64,000 nucleotides of DNA from Chrysomallon squamiferum (taxonomy: Eukaryota; Animalia; Mollusca): assembly GCA_012295275.1 (NCBI GenBank), contig CM022665.1:3968001-4032000 (forward strand), read 5' to 3'. A program made the position numbers and the translations under genes. Positions 14,430 to 28,063 of the stretch are shown here, piece after piece. How positions within the stretch are numbered: the first letter of the stretch is position 1; every line of letters starts with the position of its first letter. Below the pieces are notes generated by a model. It worked only from the letters and a program-made list of their open reading frames with translations, ran no database searches and had not been told where the DNA came from.

Positions 14430-16911
14430 GTAATTAGCTAGTTTGTCTTAAAAAGAATGTTTTAACTGGGAATTCACTCTGTTTGCAGTGTGTTGTTATT
14501 AAGCTCTGTTTGAGAGGCAGCATGTAGACTTGTAATAATTTGCATGCTTTTTATTTATTTATTCATTTATTTATTTATTTGTCTAACTCTGCCTTTTATG
14601 CATGTAGAAAGGACAGTTTCTTCAGTTGTGATATTACAGAACTTTGTATTCCAGCTTTCAGTTTATAACTGATTTTTAGATCACTTTATCTCAGAGGTAA
14701 CCATTGTGTGCTCTGGTGTAAAAGAAATTTGTGTTTTGCTTCAAGATCTGTACTATTTATTATGTCTAGTGTGTTTGCTAACTATTTATTTAAAAAAAAT
14801 AAAAAAATTAAATAATAAAAATTATTTAATATAAAATTAATGCGCAAAGAAATTATCTAGTGACAACATTGAAATAATAATAATACTAGTCTTAAATATT
14901 TTATTATTATTATGTTTAAGTAAAATTATATAAAAATTCGTTGCACAAGGATTATTTTCTTAATTTTGGATTTTATTTATTTATTGTTACTTTAATATAA
15001 AATTTTATGTCATTTATTGTAATTTACCTTGTTTCCATTGGGTTTTCTAACTGACATTGATTATTTTTTTTTTTTTTTATTATTTTATCATATTTTTTGT
15101 TTATTTTTTATTATTATTGTTATTTGTTTATTTCATATTTTAGTTTATAGTTTGTATAGGTAGTTCTGGCATTAGATTTTTCACCCTGTTTAAGTTATAT
15201 CTGTTGCTGATCAGTAAATACTTGTTTGGCCTACTGATAACAGCCATTTTGTTTTCAGCCTGTTTTTAGTTAGTAATTTTTAAGTAAATTATTAGTACTA
15301 ATCAACTAGTTCATTGTGTAAAAATACGCATATATAGATATATTTGAAATTGGCACATAATCTTCTTTAATGCACCATTTTTTTTCTTCCATTCTAATCA
15401 GTTATCCATAATTGATTTGTCAAAGAAATTGTTTATAAAAGAGACCTTGTTTCTAATTGTAGAGAAATATCGGCAGATTTCTTCTCTTATCTGACTATTA
15501 CAAGAAAGTAAAACAAAATATCTGGCACCTAATAAATGTTAAGAAGTGTTGAGATGTCACAAATAAATGTTTATGTGTGAGATACAAACCCTAATGATCA
15601 AAATAACTCACTGTTAATACATGTATTTGTAAATTGAAAATGATTTCAGAAAGCTAATTTGCTTATCTGTGTGTCACAAGAAATCACTGGAATAATACTT
15701 TATTTTTGTGTTACTTGATTTATGAATTGGCTAAAGTTTGTGTAGAAATTCCATTTGTGATTTTTGTCTACAAAGTATTTCAGTTTGAAGTGTTTACAGG
15801 AGCAAAAGGAATGAATTAACCAAACTTTAAATTTTTTTTTTTTTTATTTTTTGTTTTTAATTTTTTTTAAAATAAATATTCTTTTAATAACATTCAAAAA
15901 TGATGAAAAGAATAAAATGTCTGAAAACAAAAGAGGAACATTTAGATTACTTAATTATAATCTGTAGTGCTGCTTTATCAAAATCACCAGCAATATGTTA
16001 GCATGCTCAGGAATATCTTGAGAAATTGTTAAAAAAAACCCACTAAAAACAAAGAAAAATATACCCACACAATACAAAGACGTTAATTGAGCCCATCAAC
16101 TTCATTTCTTCAGTTTATGAACTTGTTTTTGCTTACTTTAATACATTATAATCAGTACAACAGCTTTATTAAAAATGGTAACATTCTCATATATTCAGTT
16201 TGTGTGTGCAGTGTAATATGGGTATGCATGCAGGCCTGTGCCTCTTACAGGAACTACTGCTTAAAGATCGTATCATATTATTAATTTTTATTTTAATATT
16301 TCAGTTTTATTACAAACACTTGTTTTTCATGTTACTACGATGCATTATTATTTCTAAAATAATTTTTAAGTATCACTTATTCAGTTTGGTAGGTTTACCG
16401 TTTATGATTAATTAAGGATATTTAGTTGTGTACTTTTTAAAACACATTTTTGATAGTCATACTCTTTCTTAAAAAGAAAAAATGGTTAAATACAATTATA
16501 GGAGGACACTGTAAAGAAAAATAGCATTTGTAATGATACATTTTAAGAATAGCTGACAATGTTTAATCTTGGAGTCAGTAAATATGTAATTTTTAAAAAT
16601 TTCTAAGTGTATGAACTAAAATATTTTTTAATCTGGTCATTTAATTATAAAAATCTTCAAAGCTGTAAAGAATAAATTATTCTTTTGCTTGTTTTCTTTT
16701 AATACTTGAAGCAAAACAATGCTAAGTTGTGGCATTTTAAGAAAATATTTCTTTTTAATTACATTAACATAAGAGTTTATAGTCTTTTCCAACTTAAAAC
16801 AGTACTTCATGGTTTATATTTTTTGTTTTGTTTCTTTTCTTTTTTTTGGGGGGGGGTCGAGTGTATATATTTTTCTCTCTCTCATTTTCTTCTTTTTCTT
16901 GAATTATATAG

Positions 16912-16943
<32 letters not shown>

Positions 16944-17006
16944 ATTATTTAGTTTCTAGTTCATTAGATAAACATTGTTAAAAATGATAATATTTTCTGC
17001 TTTCAG

Positions 17007-17093
17007 CATCCTTTCCCAATGCTTTCAACACACAGGCAGCTGCTCAGTTACAGCAGGCCGCAGCCAGTTCCCCTGCAGGGAAGCAAACTGAGG
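17007..17093 (+). CDS. CELF1/2: CELF1/2 linker exon preceding RRM3
   Basis: ctttcag|...|gtgagc, 87 nt, phase 1-1. ASFPNAFNTQAAAQLQQAAASSPAGKQTE(G), compare CELF AGxQxEGP. Confidence 0.92.
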
Positions 17094-18499
17094 GTGAGCA
17101 TTTTCATTACAGTCTCTACAACGAATATTTCAGTCCTCCCTGCTTGTTGCTATACCTCGTTGGTTGATGGTGACAATGCTTTTAGTTAACTTCATTATTT
17201 TCTGTTATTGCTTTACTTTTTTTTTTTTTTTTTTTTTTATAATTTAAGTATGGTTTCAGAAAGAATACAATAAAAAAAAAAAAAAAAAAAAAAGTTTACA
17301 AATTAAGAAAAGCCACTTTCATGTAATAAATGTGTCAGCATCAAGAAAAAATGAAGAAGAAATTAAGAAAACCAAAACAAAAATGTCTGTTAGTTTCATT
17401 ATTGCAACGTGATTAGTAATTTAGTATACTGATATTTTGCTAGGGTCATTGCCTTAGAAAGAAAGATAACTTTGTGGTGTGTGGGGGGGATATCAATGCA
17501 AAGTTTGTGGCTTTTCTTGTTTGTTCTTTTTCTAAGGTCTGCAAATACAAAAGTTTTTTTTATTAAAAATTGTAGCTTTTTTAAATTTATTTTAAATTGT
17601 TTATTTTATTATTTACTGATTTAAATTAAGTTTTTCGTCACAAGATTTTTAAAATTTTCAGTTCTCTTCTACAATCACTACAATGAAATGGACTGGTTCT
17701 TTGTTTAATTCATTAAGAATACAGATGAGAAATTTAAAGATTGGTGATTTTTCACTGTTTCAAGAATATATACATGAAATTCAAGATTAAAATGCCAAGA
17801 ACAAAAATAATCTGGTTAATTACATATTGCTTTTTGGATAACTAACATTTGTTTTTAATGGGACTATTGTATACATCATGTTGTCATTCTTTCTTGTATT
17901 GTCTGTAAAACTTTGCACCTGTATTTTGATGTGGTCTGTTTTGCATTGTTTTGTCATCACTTTACTTCTTGGCCTTTGGTAACATAAAACTTTTTTTTAA
18001 TTATTATTATTATTTTTTTGTCATATTAACAAACAGAATTTCACATTATTTTTTATTATATATTTTATTTTATTTTAATTATTTCATTTTTTTTTTTTTT
18101 TTTTTTTTATAAATTAAAAAAAAATATAATAATAAACATTCTTATATAGACACATAAAATATTACTCATTACAATAACAAAACTGCAAGTGTATTTTTCG
18201 CAGCCCTAAATAGGTATATATTATGAAAATAAATAAAAGTTTGATTATTAAAACTGAATTATTATTATTATTATTTTTTTTTTTTAAATTAAAAAAAAAA
18301 AAAAAAATGAAAATAAAAATACAAAACAAAACAAAACAAACATATTTATATCTTAATTGAAACTGAAATGAATAAAAGTGAGTGCTGAAATCTCTTGAAC
18401 TAGTTTTAATTCCGGTTAGTGTTTTCCACTGCTGTGACTGGGGTCAGCTGAAGGCAGTGGTGTTTTCGAGTCCGCTCTACGTTTTACATTGTGTTGTAG

Positions 18500-18601
18500 G
18501 CACAGAATGGGGCCTTTACAGCAGTTTGGAACAAGATTCTACCAATAGCTATCATGGAAAGACTTTGTATCATCTTAGTGGACTATACTCCAGAAGTCAC
18601 G
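18500..18601 (+). CDS. CELF1/2: Candidate alternative in-frame cassette exon just before RRM3
   Basis: ttgtag|...|gtaata, 102 nt, phase 1-1, no stop: GTEWGLYSSLEQDSTNSYHGKTLYHLSGLYSRSH. No homology recognised. Confidence 0.45.
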
Positions 18602-19635
18602 GTAATAAGTCTTGAGAAAGAGAATTTAGTGATCATTTAAAAGCAATCTGCTCCATTCCAACTCTAAAAGTAAAGAAAGAAAAAAAAAAAGAAGAAGAAA
18701 AAAAAATAATAATAAAAAGATAGTTTTAAAAAAATGACATGTACCCCAGTCCCCAAAAATTACAGCAAAAACAAATGGCAATGACAACAGTAAATGTCCT
18801 AGAAATGTTTGATTATACTGTAAGTTTTAGGAAAGTGAAAAAGAAACGTTTTTGTTTTTCTGAAATCTTACTGATGTTTTTTTTTCAGTAAATAAATGTT
18901 TGTGAAAACAGATGTGGCTTATTGCTTTGACTGTTTTGTCATACTAATATTGCAGTTATTTGTACCTACATGTTCTTAGCTGCAAAGGCTTTAGAGGTGT
19001 TCCTGTTCTTTCTTTTCCACTTACTATTAATTATTATTTAAAAACCTATTACCCATTTTCAGTAATAATGCTGGTAAATCATATTTGTGTTTTAGATTTC
19101 TTGTGTTTTATGTTGTATTTGTTTTTTGTTCATTGTTTTTTTTAAATGTGTTTTTTCTTTTTTTTTCTTCTTTTATCTGCACAGAATTTATTTTTCTCTA
19201 TAACTTGTCTGAATATTCTTCAAGAACAGTAAAACATGTGGCATTTTCTTAAATGGTGTACTATTGTGAGCATTAACAAATCACAGTTCTTGTTGATCTG
19301 CCTCTGTTGCTATAAGTGAGCCTGTGGCATGATGCATGAAAGGACATGGGATTCATCCTTAATTAAGCCACTACTTTTTTTTTCTTTATGTGGAATGATG
19401 CATATAAACGAGTTATATCTACTAACTCAAAGTGGCAACTGTATTCAGTCAGCATGATCTTGTCATTGAAAATAAAGAGACACCAAACGACTAACATTTA
19501 TATTTGTTGAGGTGCTGTTAAACAAATATTTTATTCATCTATTCTGATGTTGGGAAAGGGATGGAGAATTTTGGTTGGTCAGATGAAAATAATAAAAAAA
19601 TTATTTTATTTTTAAAAATATTTTATTTATTTCAG

Positions 19636-19779
19636 GCCCCGATGGAGCTAATTTGTTCATCTATCATCTGCCACAGGAGTTCAGTGATCATGACCTCATG
19701 CAGATGTTTATCCCATTCGGCACAGTTGTCTCGGCCAAAGTCTTCATCGACAAACAAACCAACCTCAGCAAGTGCTTTG
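19636..19779 (+). CDS. CELF1/2: CELF1/2 RRM3, first half
   Basis: tttcag|...|gtaaat, 144 nt, phase 1-1. [48 protein letters not shown] (RNP2 = LFIYHL). Confidence 0.98.
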
Positions 19780-21124
19780 GTAAATATTTAAATTTAAATG
19801 TGCAGTTAAAATGACATCTATTCTGTCATTGTTGCATTAAAATAAAATCTTTATACTACAAGAACAATATTATATTCTTAAAGATTCAAAAAAAAAAATA
19901 TATATATATAATGACAATAGATGTCATTTTTACTGCACACATTATTTTTTAATTATAATTTAAAATTACAGTCCTCTAAATTTCAAGTTTTTAAATTTTT
20001 TTTTTTTTTTTTTTTTTTTTAACAATCTTAAACTATTCTAAAATAAAATTAACAACATTCATTTAGAAATTAAAAGCTTGAACATTTTTTTTGGAATACC
20101 TTTTCTTAAAAAAGCTTTTTTAGAAAATGAAATTGTTATTTTTTTATGTTCAGTTAGCAGTATTGAGAAGTATTATAGATTTTGAAGGTAGAAAGTACAA
20201 CATTTTGTGGAGAGAGAAAAAAAAAAGAAGAAAAAAGTGTATTTCAGGGGTTTTTTATTTTTTTTGTTCATTTTGCCCTTTCCCATGTAGCAATAACAAA
20301 TTAATGTAAAAGTGTTACATTCTCACCTTCAATTATTTTTTTAAAAATAAATAAATAAAAAAAATATGTTTTATTTAACCTTTACAAATTATGTAAAAGT
20401 TTTTAAACTGTTCTCACGTCTTTGTTATTTATAAACATTTAATCATTTTTCTAGTCATTTGCAGAACTGAAAATGTCTGTAATAATGACGTGTTACATTA
20501 TTTATATAACAAACAAACATCGGTTTTGATGTAATCATCTAAATAATGAGCTGTTATCAACAGGATCTTTGACACCAGTGCCAGATGTTTCATAACAGGT
20601 TTTTGCTTTCAGATAAATAACCATGTTTAATAGCTATTCACAGCTGATCAATATAATTACTATTACTCCCTGACAATGCTGTTGAGTGAAAAACAAATAA
20701 TCGGAACTGGTGGCTTTTGTCCTTGTTACCTTTTAACTTTGATTTGTAAATAATTATTTAGAAGTATTCCACTGTATTTTGTCTATTGTGTAGCATTGTA
20801 GATACTAAATTGTTTTACTTATATATCTTGTGTATCTCAGATGGTCATTTTAAAGCTTTTTGAGAGAAAGAGAGAACAAATCATCATTTAACACAAGGCA
20901 TTAGATTTAAATGTGAATATTCATTGTATCTGTATATAAAGAATCATTTCCTCCTGGGTTTTAAAATTCCTCTTTTTTTATTTTTTATTTATTTATTACT
21001 TACAGCTGAAGCAGTCTTATTGTGAATGAAGGTTTTGTTAGTGCGAGGCAAATCCATTGAGAAACAAAATATATAATAATTTAATGGTGTTTTGAACTGT
21101 TTGTTACAACAAAATAATTCAGCT

Positions 21125-21178
<54 letters not shown>

Positions 21179-21312
21179 ATTGTTTTATTTGGTTTGTTTT
21201 TAGTTAATATATTATTTTTATTTATTTATTCTATTTTTTATTTTTTTTTTTTTTTTTGTATTAAATGTTAAGAATTATATGGTAGCTTTTATTTCTATAT
21301 ATTTTGTTCCAG

Positions 21313-21440
21313 GCTTTGTAAGTTATGACAACACTATGTCCGCACAAGCAGCAATACAGGCAATGAATGGTTTTCAGATAGGCATGAAGCGACTCAAAGT
21401 GCAACTAAAACGACCAAAGAGTGATAGCAAGCCCTACTAG
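21313..21440 (+). CDS. CELF1/2: CELF1/2 RRM3, second half, and stop codon
   Basis: ttccag|[45 protein letters not shown] at 21438-21440; the classic CELF C-terminus. Confidence 0.98.
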
Positions 21441-21935
21441 TGGATTTCACGGTATGTAATACACCAGCACGGTAGGTGTTCGTAAAACAAGATTTTTGTG
21501 AAGTTATTGTTAGATGTTTAGTGTTCATGCTTTTCTTCTTTCAAATTTGATTATTTAATGTTCAGTTTTCTTTCTCTTAAAATATCCAGTTGTCCCATTT
21601 TCTTAAAGTTATCTGTGAACATAGGTACACGGGATCATATCCTTACGGGAGGCAGTGTGACTGAATTTTCTTTAGTTTTAAGATTTAAAAAAAAAAAATG
21701 TTCATACTGTAAATAGACATACTTGGAGAAGAATATTCATATCCAGCTTAACACATCAGCTTTTAAAAAAATAATCTCCCAGAAGTATACCTTATATTCA
21801 CAAGATACGCTTACAGCTTTTTTCCCCCTCATTTCATCTCCCCTCAGTGATTTTTTGATAAAGGCTATTCTGAGCCAAATTTTATTTATTTTATTTTATT
21901 TTTTTTTTTTTTTTTTTTTTTTTATTATTATTATC

Positions 21936-21983
<48 letters not shown>

Positions 21984-23512
21984 TTTTACCTATATATTCT
22001 TGGTTCGTTAATCCTAACCTTAATATTGTATGAACCTTTCCCATGTTTTAAGATAGTTAATTTATACAACAATTAAAAAAAAAACATCACGTTACCAAAA
22101 TAGTGATGTAAGTAAAACAATTTATGGTAAGTAACAGTTTATCAGTGTGGCACAATGGACTGGATCTGAGAGTAAAGAAGAAGTGACTAAGAGAGGAAGG
22201 AAGATCTCTTTTGAATATTGTTGTATTTTCTAAATAAAATAAATCTACCTGATGTTTGGTTACCCCAGTTACTTCTTAGTCTTGTCACATTCATTCAGTG
22301 TTCTGTGTTTTCTCTCATGCTGTCAGTGTTTCATGTCGCCATTATTACTAACCTGCTGGATAATAGTTTTTAAAAATCATTTCATCAGTTTTATCATAAT
22401 TTGGTGAGAAAATAAAACTACAGCAGAAAAAAAACTTTAATAAGATGTTTTTTTAATGTTATTTTATTGTATTTTTTTATTGTTTATTCCTATTATTTGT
22501 TTTGTCAGTAAAAAAATTCTGCTTATTCCATTTTCAGTACATACTTACTTTACATTTATTAATTCAAATTTTAAGTAAGTAGTATTCATACATCTAAAAA
22601 GTAAAATTGATAATTATTTCTTTTAACCATTTATTTTTTGCTTGTTACAAGTTGCCATATTAACATGGTTATTGTTTCATCTTTAATCATTGTAGAATTT
22701 GAAAACTCGCACTTTTATCATTAAATGTATGTATGTATGTATGTATGTTGATAATGTCCACCATGTTGTCTGTCTCTCTCTTTTTATATATATATATATA
22801 TATGTATTATGTCTGTGTGTGCATGTCCCCCCTTTCTTCTGTGTAGCAATATTGTTCAGCCTTTGTGAAACTTACTTTCTGCTTGTTTCTTTAAAGTTAT
22901 TTATTTATTGTTGCAGTTATGTTTAAATGTGTGCTAAGACAGCTAAGTACTGAATGCTAGAAAAATTTCAGTATTTATGTTGTAATTCTTTTTAGGCAAC
23001 GTTAATACAAATTCCAGTATTTAAAATGATTAAAATAAAAATGAAAATACATTACATTTAATGAATGCTTGATCAAATTACAAGAAAAAGATAGTGATAG
23101 ATGTGATAAATAAACTTTTTTTTAAATTATTTTTTATTTCATTTTTTAAAATTTTATTTTGTTAATGTTTCCTTACAATTTAATGAAGTGTATATATGAA
23201 CTGATAATAACTGCCACAAATTATATGGGAGATAAAACATTAAGTAAAACATTCTTACTTTCAAAGCTCTTAAATATTTGATCAAAATTTATTTTTTCAA
23301 ATTTATTTTTTTTATTTTTTTTTTAATAAAGAAATAAAAATAGCTCTTTAAGCAGACCAATAAAAAAAAAGAAGAAAAAAAGAGAATATCCTGAAGAAAC
23401 TCATTCAGTTGTGGCTTTCCAAGATTCCTAAGTTAACATTTAAAATAAATAAATTGTTAATAATAATAATAATAGTAATAATACAAACTTGTTTTACAGC
23501 AGAATTCTTTAT

Positions 23513-23553
<41 letters not shown>

Positions 23554-24414
23554 AGAGAGAACTAAACAAATCTAAACTTAAAGTTAATGGAGGTTACCTG
23601 GGGGTTTTTTTTTGGATGTTGTGAACAGGAAATGTTTTTCTCACTGGTTAATGTTACTGACTAGTATTGTTAGCACTGATTACAAGTATGGCTTTGTATG
23701 CATCTGTCACTAGCAGTAGATGTACATTTAATTTCTCTATGCCTTCTACAGGAGCAAGAAGTAACAGTAATGTGTTAGAGACTATCATTAGTGTTAGTGT
23801 GTTTACTAGAAATAAATTAAGCACCGCAACATAGTAAAAGGCATGTCGACAGATTTTCCTTTCCTTTCTTTTTGTTTTTTTTCTTTTTTTCTTTCTTTAT
23901 ATAAAGAATTATGTTGGTTGTAATAAATAGAATGGTATATGAGGAATGATTAAATTTTACTTTTACTATTTAAATTTATTATTCTCACCAAATACAGGAA
24001 GATAAAATGGTTGTTTGTGTATATGTATATGTATGCATGCATCTGAATTGTCACTTAATGTAATGTGTGTGTACTCAAGAATATATATTACAGAGAATAC
24101 AAATACAAAATCTGAGTAATATTTACATTGTTTGATGAATGTTTTTATTTATAAAAATTAGACCTTTATTTGCAGTAAACTGTTCTTTTTCTAAAATCTG
24201 TAGTATTTATTTGATATATTTGAGAATAATTTTTAATTTAAAAAATATTTTGTAATTTGTCTAAATTTATTTTCTTTTTAAAAAAAAAAAAAAAAAAAAT
24301 AGAGGAAAAGTATTAATAAAAATATTATATGTTTCACAAAGGCTGAACAAGAATCATTAATACTGCTTTAAGCAATGTTTTAATTTAGATCTTTTTTGCT
24401 TCTTTTCTATGTAG

Positions 24415-27400
24415 ATCCACTGGCGTGGCGTGGTGTGACGTCTTTCCCATGTTCCCGTCGTGTGCTTCATGTCTCCTATCAAAAAAAAAAAAATATAAAA
24501 AGCGATTTAAAAAAAAACAAAAAAAAAAAAAAAAAAAAATTGCCTGTCTGACATGTTTGCTGTTGTATGTCACTTGGTCAGCGCTTCAAATCAGCTGATG
24601 TCTCGAGATGTTCATTTTGTTCCTCCTCGTTTGGGGTAACCGTTGTGCAGATCTCTTTGTCCATGCACACACGGGATGGCGTTTTCATTTTTATATATCT
24701 TTCTTCTTTGTTTTTTTTTTTTTTTTTTTTTTTCCTTCGTGTTTGGTACACTTGTTCGTTATAATGAACATAGATTTTGAATTCAGATTTGACATCCAGT
24801 TTGAGAATTGTTATCATCGGACAAATGGTCACTTGTGTGTCCAGTACCAGTTTTTTTATTTTGTTCTAAAAGAATAATGATAGAGATTCTTTATTTTTTC
24901 TTTATTATTATTTTTTTTTTTTCCTCCTTCCACTCTGTTTTTCTCTTTTATTTTATTTTATTTTTGTTTTATTACTACTGTCATTTTTTAATTCTTTTTT
25001 TAAAGGATGCTTTTATGTTGTGATTTTAATCAGGTTTGTCGATGGTTGTGTATTTAAAAAACTTTACAGGTTTTTTTTAATTTAATTTTAACTGTTATGT
25101 TGGGTGTTTCTTTTTCATTTTTTAAATCTTTTTTTTTTTTTTTTTGTTTTTTTTTTTGATAAAAAACAAGTTGTGAATTTTATGGAAAAATTGTCTTCAT
25201 TGTGAGTTTCTTTTTTTCAAACCATTTTCAGATTGTCGGAGAAAAAGGTTTAAAAAACTTTGATTTATTTATTTAATGTTGTTTTTAATAAAAACTGGAT
25301 GACAATCTCAATTCTGTTGATTCATTTTAAAGTGAATTAGTTGTTAACATAATACAAGCACATTGTTTGTTGCTTGTTTCAGTTAGAATTGTTCACAAAT
25401 CAAATCTCCATGCATTCTGCCAGTCAAACACTGTTATTATTTTTTTATTTATTATTATTATTATTATTATTATCATCATGATTATTAATTGTTTTTATTT
25501 TTAAATTAAAATTTCCAAGTATCTTGTATATATTAAGGTTGTGAAATTTCATTAAATGTGAACCCCTTGGTCTCATGATAAAGTTATATCTGTTCTGTCC
25601 ATCATAATATTCATAAATGAACTAATGTTTGTACATTAAGCAGATTATAACAGCTGTGTGGAATCACATTAGTGACATCGTCTGTTGTTTAAATAATGGT
25701 TTGTGTGTTTCTGTTAGAACTAATCTTAACTTGATACTGGAAAAAGAAACTGAAACACCTAATAGGACACTTTTTTTTTTTTTTTTTTTTTTTTAAACTA
25801 TCGAAATTTTCGTTCTTAATTGGATTTCAGCTTTATTTATCTATTTTTTAATTATTATAAAAAAAATGTATTTTAATTACAAAGAAATGCCTCCAGTAGG
25901 CAACATTTGTGTTAGAATGCAGGGGGTTTGATTTGTGTGTCTGTATAGTTTTTGTGTATAGTTAACATTCATTCAGAGCTGTACAGCTGACATTTGTCTG
26001 TTAATGAAGTTTAAAACTCATCTAGAATCGGCCACCAGACAACTGTAACTGTGTAAGTAAATACAAATGGCATTTATTCTATTGACTTAATACATACACA
26101 TACTGTGGCATTAGTTTTACCAAGTAAAATATTGAAATACATATTGTCAGTATTTCACATTATAACACTGCTGGAATTGGTGAAAATAAGACTCGGGGTG
26201 GTTTTTATCTGAACTCGACTATTTTACAGTCACAACAGGTTGATGGATGACACTATTAATAAGCTGAAATTTTTGATATTTTTTAGACCAGCATTTGACA
26301 ATGACAGAGTATGACTTGACTTTGTAGTACAAAGTTTTAAAAAAACCCACAATGCTTTATAAATCTTATTAATAGTTAATGTATGAAATACAATATCTTT
26401 GACAATCGTTAGCAATGTGATTAGCAGTAGGTCATGTTCTTGTGAGTAACAGAAATTTAATTTCAGATCTAGCAGTAAACATGGCAGCCATATAACACTT
26501 TCTGTAAAGTGGATCCAGATTCATTATTGATTCTAGATGGTTTTATCTTTGGACAGCAGTTGTCACTGTCAACACATGATCATAGTATATCACAGCAGGG
26601 ATAACAGGCTGTAGTTATTTTGTATTCTAGTTAATTGTATTCAAGTGAAGTTATGCCGTTCTGGAGTATTCAGATTTGTGACAAGTTGTATTTGTTTCTT
26701 TTTTAATTATTTTAACTGTTTACATTTAAATACCAAAGCAATGATTGTTCCTAGTTCACGTTTCATTATTATTATTATTATTATTATTATTAATATTATT
26801 ATTAATATTATTATTATTATTATTATTAATATTATTATTGTGTCAGAATTGTGGTGGTGTTTGTTTATACAAAATTTTTTGACTTGTTTTTCTCTCTCTT
26901 TTTTTTTTCTTTACAAATATTTTCCTCGTTATTGAGGAAGTTGCACATTGAATTGGCTTTTGTCTCATGTATATAACTCTGGGCAGAAGAAATATCAAAC
27001 AAGGATATAGTCTGTAATATTTATTAATTGGACATTGTCATATTAATGTGTATTCAGAAGAAACATCTGTAGTGTTAGATAGCACAGCTGAGGGATTATT
27101 TTTCAGTACAGATTAACAAGAGATTCTAAAAGTTAAGTATGAACTTAACCAGAATAATGTAATGATATATGTATCATATATATGTATATAATTGGTCAAC
27201 AGACTAACCACATCTCTCACAAGTCTGCTATAGGAATCTTCTCACTAAGCTAGTTGCTGTACTGTCATGAAACATTGAATTATACTTGAAATTAAGAACA
27301 AAATATTTTTGTTCATTCAGTACGTTTCAGTCAGTACGACTCATTGCTTTGTGAGAAAAATCCTTTAGACAAAAATTTATTTTCAAGTTTTAATATTGCT

Positions 27401-28013
27401 GTAGCTTTGATACAGATACTTCAGTGTGCAATGAATTCATGTTACAAATTTTAATCACTTTAATTAACAGGTATATTTGAAACTAAAATCATTTTAATAA
27501 TTTTTATTTTTATTTTTATTTTTTTTTTTTTACAAGAAATAAAATACGGAGAGTATTAAGATATCCACTACTTCAACAAAAACAAAAAAATTTAAAAAAA
27601 AACAACAGTACTGGCAAAACTAGCTGAATAGATTTCTTTCTTTTTTTTATAACAACATATGTAGGTTATATAAAATGTTAAATTATTACAAGTGCATTAA
27701 GAAAACCAGTTAAAAGGCTTCAAACTAATTTCTGTTTCTGAAAGTTTAAATTCTTCTTGAACTTCACTCATAGTGTTACAGTTGGAAAGGTGAAAATTAA
27801 TTGTGGCCTGTTCAAATAATGTTAGAAATAACTGACAAGAAAGATTATAACACTGAATTCAAAATAATTTTCTTTTTCTTGATACTGGAGGTCACAATTC
27901 AAGGTCACAATTAGGTATGTCTTGGTGGTGCTGATTAAAAAGATGAAGTGAAAACACAAAACATGACAGAATATTTACATATATCTTTCTCTCCATGTAG
28001 TTTATTATTCTTT

Positions 28014-28063
<50 letters not shown>

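Noticed and set aside
16234-16269. 36-nt in-frame CELF cassette exon (GLCLLQELLLKD)
   Set aside because: The frame fits, but the acceptor lacks a pyrimidine tract and the donor (C|gtatca) is weak.
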